Assembly (NCBI GenBank): GCA_036149055.1
Contig: JAYZQJ010000233.1
Location: 1 to 59,173 of the forward strand
Source: Myxococcota bacterium
Lineage (GTDB): Bacteria > Myxococcota_A > Polyangia > Polyangiales > Sandaracinaceae
DNA: 59,173 nucleotides
Reading direction: 5' to 3'
Translations under genes and position numbers: made by a program
Notes under the pieces: model-generated
Database searches by the model: none
What the model was told of the DNA's origin: nothing
What the model saw: only the letters and a program-made list of their open reading frames with translations
Shown here: positions 36,837 to 49,722 of the stretch, one piece after another
How the letters are laid out: every line of letters starts with the position of its first letter
Numbering within the stretch: the stretch's first letter is position 1

Positions 36837-38111
36837 CTAGCGCCAGGGATCGAGGCGCTCGATGGTCTCGGCGCGGTCGGGGCCCACGCTGAGGATCGAG
36901 GCCGGGATGCCGGCGAGCTGCTCGACGCGCTCGACGTAAGCGCGCGCGTTCGCCGGGAGCTCCTCGACCGAGCGCGCCGCGGTGACGTCCTCGGTCCAGC
37001 CGGGCAGCTCCTCGAACACCGGGGTCACGCGCTCGAGGCCGACCGAGGGAGGGTGCTCGATGCGGCGGCCGTCGAGCTCGTAGGCGACGCAGAGCTTCAG
37101 GGTGTCCATGCCGCTGAGCACGTCGAGCTTGGTGAACGCGAGCTCGCTCAGGCCGTTGACCCGCGCGGCGTGGCGCAGGACCGGCAAGTCGAGCCAGCCG
37201 CAGCGGCGCGGGCGGCCGGTGGTCGCCCCGAACTCGCCGCCGGCCTGGCGGAGGGCCTCGCCGTCGGCGCCGTGCATCTCGGTGGGGAAGGGGCCGTCGC
37301 CCACCCGGGTCGTGTAGGCCTTGCTGATGCCGAGCACGCGATCGATGTGCGTCGGGCCGAGCCCGCTGCCGGTGCATGCGCCGCCCGCGGTCACGCTCGA
37401 GCTGGTGACGAACGGGTAGGTCCCGTGGTCGAGGTCGAGCATCGTGCCCTGCGCGCCCTCGAGCAGGATGCGCTGGCCGTCCTCGCGCATGCGGTGCAGC
37501 GCGTCGGTGGTGTCGCCCACGAAGGGCAAGATCTCGTCGGCGCAGGCGAGCACCGCGTCGGCGACCTGGATGGCGCTCGGGGGCTCGCCGCCGAGCGCCT
37601 CCACCGACGGGCGCCACGCCTCGACGAGCCCGGCGACCTTCTCGCGGAGGAGATCGGGGTGGGCGAGGTCGGCGACCCGGAGGCCCCGGCGCGCGGCGCG
37701 GTCCTGGTAGGTGGGCCCGATGCCGCGCTTGGTGGTGCCGATCGCGTTCGGGCCCTGCTCGCGCAGGCCGTCGACGAGGAAGTGCGCCTCGGTCACCAGG
37801 TGGGCCCGCTCGCTCACCAGGACGCGGCCCTCCGAGAGCAGCCCGCGGGCGCGCATCTCGGCGAGCTCCTTCACGAGCACCTTCGGGTCGATCACCATGC
37901 CCGGCCCGAGCACGCAGCGGGGCCGCGCGTGCAGGGCGCCCGACGGGACGAGGTGGAAGACGACCTTCTCCCCGCCGACCACGAGCGTGTGGCCCGCGTT
38001 CGCGCCGCCGCCGAACCGGACGACCGCGTCGGCCTCCTCGGCCAGGCGGTCGACGATCTTGCCCTTGCCTTCGTCGCCCCATTGCGCGCCGACGATCACC
38101 AGCGTGGTCAT
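36837..38111 (-). CDS. purA: Adenylosuccinate synthetase
   Basis: GAQWGDEGKGKIVD, NAGHT, GTTKRGIGP, EGAQG...HGTYPFVTSS, TTGRPRRCGWLD; ATG 38111 overlaps the hisZ stop. Confidence 0.98.
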   Translation of the reverse strand: MTTLVIVGAQWGDEGKGKIVDRLAEEADAVVRFGGGANAGHTLVVGGEKVVFHLVPSGALHARPRCVLGPGMVIDPKVLVKELAEMRARGLLSEGRVLVSERAHLVTEAHFLVDGLREQGPNAIGTTKRGIGPTYQDRAARRGLRVADLAHPDLLREKVAGLVEAWRPSVEALGGEPPSAIQVADAVLACADEILPFVGDTTDALHRMREDGQRILLEGAQGTMLDLDHGTYPFVTSSSVTAGGACTGSGLGPTHIDRVLGISKAYTTRVGDGPFPTEMHGADGEALRQAGGEFGATTGRPRRCGWLDLPVLRHAARVNGLSELAFTKLDVLSGMDTLKLCVAYELDGRRIEHPPSVGLERVTPVFEELPGWTEDVTAARSVEELPANARAYVERVEQLAGIPASILSVGPDRAETIERLDPWR

Positions 38112-39370
38112 GCTTCGCTCCCGTGCGCCCAGGCGGCCAGGCGGGTCCATCCCCGCGCGGCGCGCTCGGCGCCGTCGGACGCCCGCACCGCGATCGGCCG
38201 CTGCTTGCTGCAGAACACGGCCGCGTCGTAGCCCCAGCGCCGCGCGTAGTCGAGGGCGGCGCGCTTTCCCCGGACGCCCAGGGTCGCCGCCGTCGCGCCC
38301 GCGGCGCGCAGCTTCTCGGCGATCGCGTCCCGGTCGGACGCCGCGCCTCCGGCCACCACGAACCGCGCCCCGCGCTCGAGCGAGGGCCGCCGCTCGACCG
38401 CGTCCAGGGCCCACTCGAGGTTGCCGAGGTCGATGCCGAAGCCGGTGGCGGGCTGAGCCGCGCCGAAGCGCCCGAGCAGGCCGTCGTAGCGCCCCCCGGC
38501 GCCCACCGGCTCGCCCGGCCCGCGTGCGAGGAGGGTGAAGCTCGGGCCCGTGTAGTAGCTCGCGCCCCGCACCTCGCCGAGGTCGAGCGAGAGCCGCGGG
38601 CCGAGCCCCGCCGCGTCGAGCCTGCGGACCAGCGCGGCGAGCTCCTTCAGGGACCGCCGCGGCCCCTCGGCCCGGAAGACCGCGCGGGCCTCCTTCAGCA
38701 CGCCGGCGTCGCCGTAGAGATCCACCGCGCCCTCGAGCCGGCGTCGCACCTCCCGCCCGGCGCCGGCGGCCTCGAGCGCGGCGCGCAGGCCCGCGCCGTC
38801 CTTGCGGATCAGGGCCGCCTCGACGTCGTCGCGCGCCTCCTCCGAGAGCTCGGCCAGCGCGGCGCGGGTGAGCGTCACCAGCGACAGCTCGATCTGGAAG
38901 TCCTCGAGCCCGGCCCGCTCGAGGGCTCGCGCCGCGAGGGTGATGACCTCGACGTCCGCGTCGCCGTCCGGCTGCCCGATCAGCTCGACGCCGGCCTGCG
39001 CGATCTGCCGCGCCTTGCGGGCGCGGCCTCGGCGCTGGCGGATCAACGAGCCCGCGTACGCGAGCCGCCACGGCGCGGGCAGGTCCTTCAGCTGCGTCGC
39101 GACGATGCGCGCGATCTGCGGCGTGATGTCGGGCCGGAGCAGGGCGACCTCGCCGGTGTCCGGGTCGACGAACCGCAAGAGATCGCGACGGTCCAGGGTG
39201 TCGAGCCCGCGCTCGATCACCTCGGCGTGCTCGAACGGCGGCGTGGTGACCAGCTGGTAGCCCCACGCGTCGAAGAGGCGCGTGAGCCGGGACGCGAGCT
39301 GCGCCCGAGCCGTCGCCTCGGGAGGCAGCAGGTCGCGCATGCCCGCCGGCGGAGCGAGGGGGAAGGTCAT
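38108..39370 (-). CDS. hisZ: ATP phosphoribosyltransferase regulatory subunit
   Basis: PAGMRDLLP, LRPDITPQIAR, QAGVELIG, YYTG, GGRYDGL, ATGF; typical hisZ-purA synteny. Confidence 0.92.
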   Translation of the reverse strand: MTFPLAPPAGMRDLLPPEATARAQLASRLTRLFDAWGYQLVTTPPFEHAEVIERGLDTLDRRDLLRFVDPDTGEVALLRPDITPQIARIVATQLKDLPAPWRLAYAGSLIRQRRGRARKARQIAQAGVELIGQPDGDADVEVITLAARALERAGLEDFQIELSLVTLTRAALAELSEEARDDVEAALIRKDGAGLRAALEAAGAGREVRRRLEGAVDLYGDAGVLKEARAVFRAEGPRRSLKELAALVRRLDAAGLGPRLSLDLGEVRGASYYTGPSFTLLARGPGEPVGAGGRYDGLLGRFGAAQPATGFGIDLGNLEWALDAVERRPSLERGARFVVAGGAASDRDAIAEKLRAAGATAATLGVRGKRAALDYARRWGYDAAVFCSKQRPIAVRASDGAERAARGWTRLAAWAHGSEA

Positions 39371-39438
39371 GGCCCGCCGAGGTCCTATCGGCCCCTCGGA
39401 CCACCGTCAACCCGCGCGGTCGGCCGAAGGCCCCCTCG

Positions 39439-39588
39439 CCCGTGCCCGTGCCCGCGAGCGCGTCGTGCGCACACGCGAGCGGGTTCGAAGCGGGGCAGGT
39501 CGGAGGGGCGCGGGTCGGCCTGCTTCGCCGGGGCGGGCACGGGCACGGGCACGGGCACGGGCACGGGCACGGGCACGGGCACGGGAGC
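39439..39588. repeat. (GGGCAC)8 tandem array plus an inverted CCCGTG partner
   Basis: Eight GGGCAC units at 39535-39582 then GGGAGC; CCCGTGCCCGTGCCCG at 39439-39454. Confidence 0.9.
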
Positions 39589-39606
39589 CGACCGCTGCGC
39601 GGTCGG

Positions 39607-40710
39607 CTAGGGCGAGAAGCCGTAGCCGCGGCGGCCCGACGACGAGCACTCGGGGTGGCCGCCCTGATCGCCGGGCCAGGAGCTGATGTCGGTGCGGTCG
39701 TCGCGGCCGTTGCACCACTGCTGGGTGCCGCCCATCGTCGAGTCGTAGATGAAGTTGTGCATCTGCACGCGGCTGTCGTCGTGGCAGTTGTGGCCGCCGT
39801 CGTCGCTGAAGGTGTCGTACGGCGTGCTGCAGGAGCGCAGCGCCCAGTTGGGGTGGTAGTCGTTGACCGCCTCGTAGTACTGGAAGAAGCACTCCCGGCT
39901 CATCTCGGTGCCGCAGCGGCCGTGGTTGCAGGTGTTGTGCACGTGCACCCACGCGCTCTCCCAGCGGTAGAGGGCGGTGGAGCTGTGGCGGCCGATCCCG
40001 AGCGTGCTGTCGATGCCCGCCTCGTGGAGCGCGAGGTAGTAGTAGCCGCCGCCGAGCTGGTGCGGCGTCGAGTCGTTGCCGCCCTTGTCGCTCCCGTAGG
40101 CGACGTCCCCGTCCGCCGGCTCGAGCACGGGCAGGTCCCGCGCCTGGAGCATCTCGTTCATCACTTCGCGCTGCTCCACATACAGGCTGGGCGCCCGCGC
40201 GCCGAAGGTGTGCAGGGCGTGGATCTCCGGCTCGTGCGCCGCCGCGCCCTCCGGCCCGAGCTGCTCCGCGATGGCGTCGCGCATGACCGCCGCCGCCTCG
40301 CCGGCGAGCTCGAACAGGAGCTGGTTGTCGGTGGCCTCGGGGCGGTCGTCGATCTGCCGCTCGAGGTCGTCGGCCCACGCCGGGTCGAGCCAGCCGTCGC
40401 CGCCCTGCTGGCTGTAGAAGATGTAGCCCTGGTCGTCGGTCATGCGCGCGTCGACCTCGAAGTCCGGGGACCGGGAGTCCTGCCGATACTCGGGCGCGGT
40501 CGGCTGGCCTCGCAGCGCCTGCAGGTAGATGACCACGTCGCCGCGGCGGTAGGCGAGCGAGAGCCCGCCATCCTCGGCTTGCAGCACCGTCAGCCCCTGC
40601 TCGAGCTCGGCCGGCGCCTCGCCGACGCCGTCGACGTCGTTCGCACAGCCGGCCAGGCCCAGCGCCAGGCTGATCAGAAGGCTCCCCAGAAGTCGTGCTC
40701 GCATCCCCAT
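39607..40710 (-). CDS. Lipoprotein with a Cys/His-rich C-terminal domain
   Basis: Lipobox LAG-C; GGGAGG SD; C-terminal domain has seven Cys, RHSST and HNCHDD. Confidence 0.82.
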   Translation of the reverse strand: MGMRARLLGSLLISLALGLAGCANDVDGVGEAPAELEQGLTVLQAEDGGLSLAYRRGDVVIYLQALRGQPTAPEYRQDSRSPDFEVDARMTDDQGYIFYSQQGGDGWLDPAWADDLERQIDDRPEATDNQLLFELAGEAAAVMRDAIAEQLGPEGAAAHEPEIHALHTFGARAPSLYVEQREVMNEMLQARDLPVLEPADGDVAYGSDKGGNDSTPHQLGGGYYYLALHEAGIDSTLGIGRHSSTALYRWESAWVHVHNTCNHGRCGTEMSRECFFQYYEAVNDYHPNWALRSCSTPYDTFSDDGGHNCHDDSRVQMHNFIYDSTMGGTQQWCNGRDDRTDISSWPGDQGGHPECSSSGRRGYGFSP

Positions 40711-40835
40711 CCTCCCGGTGGGCGAAGGAGCAGGACTCGATCCAGGCGGATTCCGACGGACATCGCGGATCCAGCGGGGGTCACCTGTTCAATAACGAGA
40801 CGCTAGATCTGTTCAAAATCTAGAATCGGGCACCC

Positions 40836-42758
40836 TCACGCCCACGCCACGAGCCCGAGGGCGAGCGCCAGCCGGATGGCCCGGTAGGGGCGGTGCACGT
40901 CCCGGCTCACCTCCGCCTCGAGGGCGTCGACCACCTCGGGCAGCGGCTTTCGCGCGCGGGCCAGGCTCAGGACCCGCTCGACGTCGCGGGGGAGGGCGTC
41001 GGGGGCCGCGGCCCGGGTCCGGACCAGGGAGTCCAGCATGTGCGGCGCGAACGTGTCCTCTTCGAGCCCGGCCTCGAGGCGTCGCTCGATGCCCGCGCTG
41101 ATCACCCACCAGGGATCGAGGCCGAGGGGGAAGTAGCGATCGGGGGGCTCGGCGCCGTCGTGGAAGTCGGCCGCGCCGGCGTCCCAGGTGAAGAGCTCGA
41201 GCAGCTTCTCCTTCACCTGGTCGCTGATGTGCCGGAACAGCTCCACCGGCTCGATCAAGCCGAGCGCGGCCAGGGTGTCGCCGAGCCGCCCGTCGAAGCG
41301 CGGCAGGACCGCGAGCGCCATCTCGAGCTCGCCGCGATCGAGCGTCCCGCGCGCCACCAGGAACTCGCCCAGCAGCTCGTGCGGGAGGTTCGAGCTGACG
41401 AACTCGGGCACCCCGTCGATGAGGTAGACCTCCTTGCGCACGTCGCCGCGGCGGCAGATCCAGGCGCCGGTGGCCCGGGCGGCGGCCGAGCGCGCCAGCG
41501 CGTCGACCAGGCCTCCCCCGGCGATCGGCACGGCGTCGCTGGCGCCCCCGGGCTCGGCCGGGAGGTGGCCGGCCAGCTCGGGCACGTCGGCGAGCTTCCG
41601 GGCCGGGGTGCCGCCGATCCGGACCCAGTCGGTCGGCCCGAAGGCGCCGGTGGTGAGGCCCTCCACCAGCTGCGCGAACGTCATCGAGCCCAGCTCCGAC
41701 CCGTCGGCGCGCACGACCACGTAGTCGTCGAGCGGGGGCTCACGCGTGATCTCGTCTTCGGTCGGGGCGAAGCCCTCCGGGAGGGTCGCCCGGGCGCCGC
41801 CGGTCGCGATCGCCACCAGCCCGCCGAGCTCCCCTCGCTTCGCCGCCGCCGGCTCTGCGGCCAGCGCGAGCAGCGCCTTGCGCATCGCGGCCGCGGTCTC
41901 GAAGCGCTCGGCCGGGTCTCGCGCCAGCCCGCGCCGCAGCACCTCGACCATGTCGGCCGGCAGCGCGTCCGCCTTCTGATCCAGCGCGCGAAGGTCGGCG
42001 TTTCGCACCGCGAGCAGGATCGCCAGCTCGCTCCCGCGCGCGAAGAGCGGCTCGTCGATCAGCAGCTCGGCCGCGACCACCGCGGCGGCGAAGACGTCGC
42101 TCCGCCGGTCGCTCTTCTCGCCCCGCACCTGCTCGGGCGAGAGGTAGCCGAGCTTCCCCTTCGTGCGCCCGGCCGCCGCCGCCTGGGGGAAGCGGGATCG
42201 GAGCCGCGCCTCGGCGATGCCGAAGTCGGCCAGCTTCACGTCGCCGGCGTCCGAGAGCAGCACGTTCGAGGGGGAGACGTCGCCGTGCACGATCCCGAGC
42301 GGTGCGCCGTCGGCCTCGGTGGCCTCGTGCACCGCGTGCAGCCCGGCGAGCAGCTCGGTCACGATGAAGAGCGCGAGCGACGGCGAGAGGGGCTCGCGCT
42401 CCATCTTTCGCCAGCGCTGGAAGCGGGCCAGGTCGAGCCCGGGGACCAGCTCGAGCGCGAGGAAGGGCTGGCCGCCCTCGGCGCCGCTGCCGAGCACGCG
42501 GACCACGTTCGGGTGCTCGACCAGGGCGGCGAGGCGCGCCTCCTCCTCGAACATGCGGCCCGCGCCGGGCTCGGCCGCGATGTGCGGCAGCATGCGCTTG
42601 ATGACCACGACCCGATCGGCCCCGGCCGTCCGCGGCTCGATCGCCCGGAAGACCTCGGCCATGCCGCCGACGGCGAGCCGCTCCACGAGCGTGAAGCTCG
42701 CGAAGCGGGTGTTGGGGGCGGGCGCGGGCGGCGGCCCCGGCGGCTGGCTCGGGCGCAC
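40836..42758 (-). CDS. Ser/Thr kinase with GYF-like and DUF4388/MshEN-like C-terminal domains
   Basis: GGMAEV, VIKR, HGDVSPSN, DFGIA, YLSPEQ; YVVVRADGSELGSMTFAQL (GYF-like); ATGAWICRRGDVRKEVYLIDG; RLGDTLAALGLI. Start GTG 42758. Confidence 0.88.
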   Translation of the reverse strand: MRPSQPPGPPPAPAPNTRFASFTLVERLAVGGMAEVFRAIEPRTAGADRVVVIKRMLPHIAAEPGAGRMFEEEARLAALVEHPNVVRVLGSGAEGGQPFLALELVPGLDLARFQRWRKMEREPLSPSLALFIVTELLAGLHAVHEATEADGAPLGIVHGDVSPSNVLLSDAGDVKLADFGIAEARLRSRFPQAAAAGRTKGKLGYLSPEQVRGEKSDRRSDVFAAAVVAAELLIDEPLFARGSELAILLAVRNADLRALDQKADALPADMVEVLRRGLARDPAERFETAAAMRKALLALAAEPAAAKRGELGGLVAIATGGARATLPEGFAPTEDEITREPPLDDYVVVRADGSELGSMTFAQLVEGLTTGAFGPTDWVRIGGTPARKLADVPELAGHLPAEPGGASDAVPIAGGGLVDALARSAAARATGAWICRRGDVRKEVYLIDGVPEFVSSNLPHELLGEFLVARGTLDRGELEMALAVLPRFDGRLGDTLAALGLIEPVELFRHISDQVKEKLLELFTWDAGAADFHDGAEPPDRYFPLGLDPWWVISAGIERRLEAGLEEDTFAPHMLDSLVRTRAAAPDALPRDVERVLSLARARKPLPEVVDALEAEVSRDVHRPYRAIRLALALGLVAWA

Positions 42759-42840
42759 CCGGACAGGATACGTGGACTGCGATCGTTCGGCGATTTCGCG
42801 GCGCTTGCCGGGCCGAGGGGCCGCTCCCATCCTCGGGCCC

Positions 42841-43500
42841 ATGGCGGATCCGCGATCGCGCGAGGGGCACCGATACGGCACGACGGAGATCGTCGCGTGG
42901 CTCGACGCGCGGCACGCCGGCCACGACGCGCCGCTCGCCGCCGCCTTCGCGGCCCACGAGCGCCACGGGCTCCCTTCGATCCAGGTGGCGCCCTCCGAGG
43001 GCCGGCTGCTCGGGGTGCTCGCGCGCCTGATGGGGGCGCGTCGCGCGGTCGAGATCGGCACGCTCGCCGGGTACTCGGCGATCCATCTGGCCCGGGGGCT
43101 GGGGGAGGGCGGTCGCCTCTGGACCCTCGAGAGCGAGCCCGAGCACGCGGCGATCGCCCGGGCGAACCTGGCCGCCGCCGGCCTCGCGGAGCGGGCCACG
43201 GTGGTCGAGGGCGACGCGGTCGACCGGCTCGACGAGTTGGGCGCCGAGGGCCCCTTCGACCTGGTCTTCCTCGACGCGGACAAGGGCCGCTACGACCGCT
43301 ACGGGGACTGGGCGTTCGCGAACCTGCGCCGGGGGGGCCTGCTGCTCGCGGACAACGTCTACTTCTTCGGGCGGCTGCTCGACGCGGACGACGCCGAGGC
43401 GGCCGCGATGCGCCGCTTCCACGAGCGGGCGGCCGAGCGCTTCGAGGGCACCGTCGTGCCGACGCCCGACGGGCTCTTCCTCGGCCTGAAAACGCCTTGA
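42841..43500 (+). CDS. SAM-dependent O-methyltransferase (CCoAOMT/COMT-like)
   Basis: VEIGTLAGYSAI, FDLVFLDADK, GGLLLADNV. Confidence 0.93.
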   Translation: MADPRSREGHRYGTTEIVAWLDARHAGHDAPLAAAFAAHERHGLPSIQVAPSEGRLLGVLARLMGARRAVEIGTLAGYSAIHLARGLGEGGRLWTLESEPEHAAIARANLAAAGLAERATVVEGDAVDRLDELGAEGPFDLVFLDADKGRYDRYGDWAFANLRRGGLLLADNVYFFGRLLDADDAEAAAMRRFHERAAERFEGTVVPTPDGLFLGLKTP

Positions 43501-43680
43501 CCCTCCCGCGAGAATCCGGGATATACGGCCCCGCCGAGCTTCCCCTCCCGCCCCTGTCGCACGGGCCTTGACGTGCCGGGGCTTGGACCCTACCGCCCGC
43601 CCGCATTTTCCATTCGGCTCGAGAGCGCGTGAGAGAGCGCTCCTCGGACCGTCCGCGAGAGAGGCTCGTTCGGAGTGAGC

Positions 43681-44277
43681 ATGTCGACTGCGCCCAGCAC
43701 ACGGTACCGGGGGGTATCGCCCGGCCGGGGTGCGTCCGTCGACGCCGCGCTGATGACCGACGGGGCAGCGATGGACGGGGCGCCGGAGGACGGCGGCGGG
43801 CGCCGCGGCTGGCGCTGGATCGGCGGCCTCGCGCTGCTGATCCCGGCCGCCTGGGCCCTCTGGACGATCGTGTCGCCGCTCCTCGCGCCGGCCGGCGCGG
43901 CCCGCGGGCCGGTGCGCGGCGTGCGCCTCGGCATGGGCGCGGCGCAGGTCCGCGATCGCCTCGTGACGGGCGCGCCCGGAGATTTTCGGTCCGAGGTGAT
44001 GGGCGAGGACTACGCCCTGACCTGGCGCCCGAGCGGCGCGCCGGCCGAGCTGAAGGCGGCTCGGCTGGAGCTGCACCTCGGCCAGCTGGTCGCCGTGCGG
44101 CTGACCCTGGACCCCGCGGCCCCGGAATCACGGGGCCCGGACTTCGAGATTTCGAACGCCTCGGTGCTGACGCGGACGCGCGGCGACGAGGCGGTGGAGC
44201 TGACGTGGTTGGCGCGGAGCTGCCCCACCCACGCCGGCGAGGTGAGGCGCTTGATCGAGGAGCATTCGCAACGCTGA
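43681..44277 (+). CDS. Hypothetical single-pass membrane protein
   Basis: TM WIGGLALLIPAAWALW followed by RGVRLGM beta-rich domain; start uncertain. Confidence 0.65.
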   Translation: MSTAPSTRYRGVSPGRGASVDAALMTDGAAMDGAPEDGGGRRGWRWIGGLALLIPAAWALWTIVSPLLAPAGAARGPVRGVRLGMGAAQVRDRLVTGAPGDFRSEVMGEDYALTWRPSGAPAELKAARLELHLGQLVAVRLTLDPAAPESRGPDFEISNASVLTRTRGDEAVELTWLARSCPTHAGEVRRLIEEHSQR

Positions 44278-44451
44278 GGGACGACTCGGATCGAGGTTGT
44301 CGGCAGTCACCGACCGAAGTATATGGGCCGCCGCTCCACTACCACGGAGCGTCCGGTCTCCGGAGCCTCCCCGGGCGCGTGCGCCCTGGGCTCCACGGTC
44401 GCCCGACCCCACGGTCCCCCGCGACTCTCAGCTGAACCGAACGAGCGAGAC

Positions 44452-45122
44452 ATGCAGATATTTCCCAAGTCGCTCAACTACCTCCCGCTGGTCGCGGCGC
44501 TCGGCGTGGCCATCGGAGGCGGCGTCGCCACGTTCGTGGTCGTCTACTACTTCTCCCCCCGCAACCTGCAGGTCGGCTACGCGCCGGAGCAGCCGGTGCC
44601 GTACAGCCACCGCCTCCACGCGGGCCAGCTCGGCATGGACTGTCGGTACTGCCACTCGAACGTCGAGCGCTCGCACGAGGCGATGGTGCCGCCCACGCAG
44701 ACCTGCATGGGTTGCCACAGCCTGGTGAAGACCGACTCGGCGCGGCTGGCGCCGGTCCGGGAGAGCTGGGAGACGGGTGACCCGATCGAGTGGGTGCGCG
44801 TGCACAACATCCCCGACCACGCGTACTTCGCTCACGACGTCCACCTCTCCGCCGGCGTCGGCTGCGTCAGCTGCCACGGGCGGGTGGACGAGATGGAGGT
44901 CGTCTCGGTCCAGACCCCGCTGAGCATGGGCTGGTGCCTCGACTGCCACCGAAACCCCGGGGAATACGAGAACCCGGACGGGACCGTCGGCGCCATTCGC
45001 CCGCTGTCCCGCATCACCGACCTGGACTGGTCGCCGGAAGAAGCCTCCGAGGCGGAGCGCACGGAGATGGAGGGCCTGATGGCCCGCGCCGTGCCGCCCG
45101 AGAACTGCGCTGGGTGCCACCG

Positions 45123-45126
<4 letters not shown>
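44452..45126 (+). CDS. actA: Alternative complex III pentaheme cytochrome c subunit
   Basis: N-terminal TM; GYAPEQPVPYSH; five CxxCH (CRYCH, CMGCH, CVSCH, CLDCH, CAGCH). Confidence 0.93.
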
Positions 45127-48241
<3,115 letters not shown>

Positions 48242-48242
<1 letters not shown>

Positions 48243-49720
48243 TGGCGTACAACGAGCCCATCACCGAGCTCGGAGAGGGGACCCTCGTCTCGAAGGGGAC
48301 CAGCTTCCGAGAGATCACCGAGATCGTCAGCAAGGTCACGGAGCAGAAGGCTCCCCGTGGCTGGTGGATCCTCTTCGGCATCAGCGCGACGTTCACCGCC
48401 GTCCTCGGCGCGACCGTCGGCTACCTGGTGTGGACCGGCATCGGCGTGTGGGGCAACAACAGCCCCGTCGCCTGGGCTTGGGACATCACCAACTTCGTCT
48501 GGTGGATCGGCATCGGTCACGCCGGGACCCTGATCTCGGCGGTCCTCTACCTGTTCCGACAGTACTGGCGGACGGCGATCAACCGCTTCTCGGAAGCGAT
48601 GACGATCTTCGCCGTCATCTGCGCGCTCCTGTTCCCCACGATTCATACGGGCCGGCCGTGGTTCATCTACTACCCGCTGCCGATCCCGAACTCGATGAAC
48701 ATGTGGCCGAACTTCAAGAGCCCGCTGCTGTGGGACGTGTTCGCGGTGAGCACGTACTTCACGGTGTCGCTGCTCTTCTGGTACGTCGGCCTCATCCCGG
48801 ACTTCGCGACGCTGCGTGACCGCGCGACGCACAAGGTCCGCCGCTGGATCTACGGCTTCCTCGCCCTCGGCTGGCGCGGCAGCAACCGGCACTGGAGCAA
48901 CTACGAGCGCTCCTACCTGATCCTGGCCGCGCTCAGCACGCCGCTCGTGCTCTCGGTGCACTCGGTCGTCTCCTTCGACTTCGCGACCTCGGTCGAGCCC
49001 GGCTGGCACACCACCATCTTCCCGCCGTACTTCGTCGCCGGCGCCGTCTTCAGCGGCTTCGCGATGGTGATGACGCTCCTGCTCATCGCGCGGACCGTCT
49101 ACGGCCTGCACGACCTGGTGCGCATCCGCCACCTCGAGCTGATGAACAAGATCATGCTCACCACGGGGAGCCTGGTCGGGTACGCGTACGCGATGGAGTT
49201 CTTCATCGCCTGGTACTCCGGCAACCCCTACGAGCGCTACGTCTTCATCAACCGCGCGACGGGCGACTACTGGTGGGCCTACTGGTCGATGATCACCTGC
49301 AACGTGATCAGCCCGCAGCTCTTCTGGTTCAAGAAGCTGCGCCGCTCGATCCCGGTGATGTTCGTGGTCTCGATCATCATCAACATCGGCATGTGGTTCG
49401 AGCGCTTCGTCATCATCGTGACGTCGCTGCACAACGACTACCTGCCCAGCGCGTGGGGCAACTTCAGCCCGACGCTCTTCGACATCACCACCTTCCTGGG
49501 CTCCCTCGGTCTCTTCTTCACGGCCTTCCTGCTCTTCCTGCGCTGGATGCCGATGATCGCCATCGCGGAGGTGAAGATGGTCATCCCCGAGGCGGACCCG
49601 CACTACCACCCGGAAGGTGGCCACGGTCACGACGGCTCCCCGCACCAGATGGACGAGGAGCACGACGCTGCGACCGCCGAGGCGACTCCCAAGGCGAAGG
49701 CCGACGAGGAGGAGGAGTGA
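48242..49720 (+). CDS. actC: Alternative complex III quinol-oxidising subunit C (NrfD family)
   Basis: [50 protein letters not shown]. Confidence 0.95.
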
Positions 49721-49722
49721 CG

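Noticed and set aside
40801..40817. Myxococcus-type LexA box
   Set aside because: Only the GTTCA core and a few flanking positions match.
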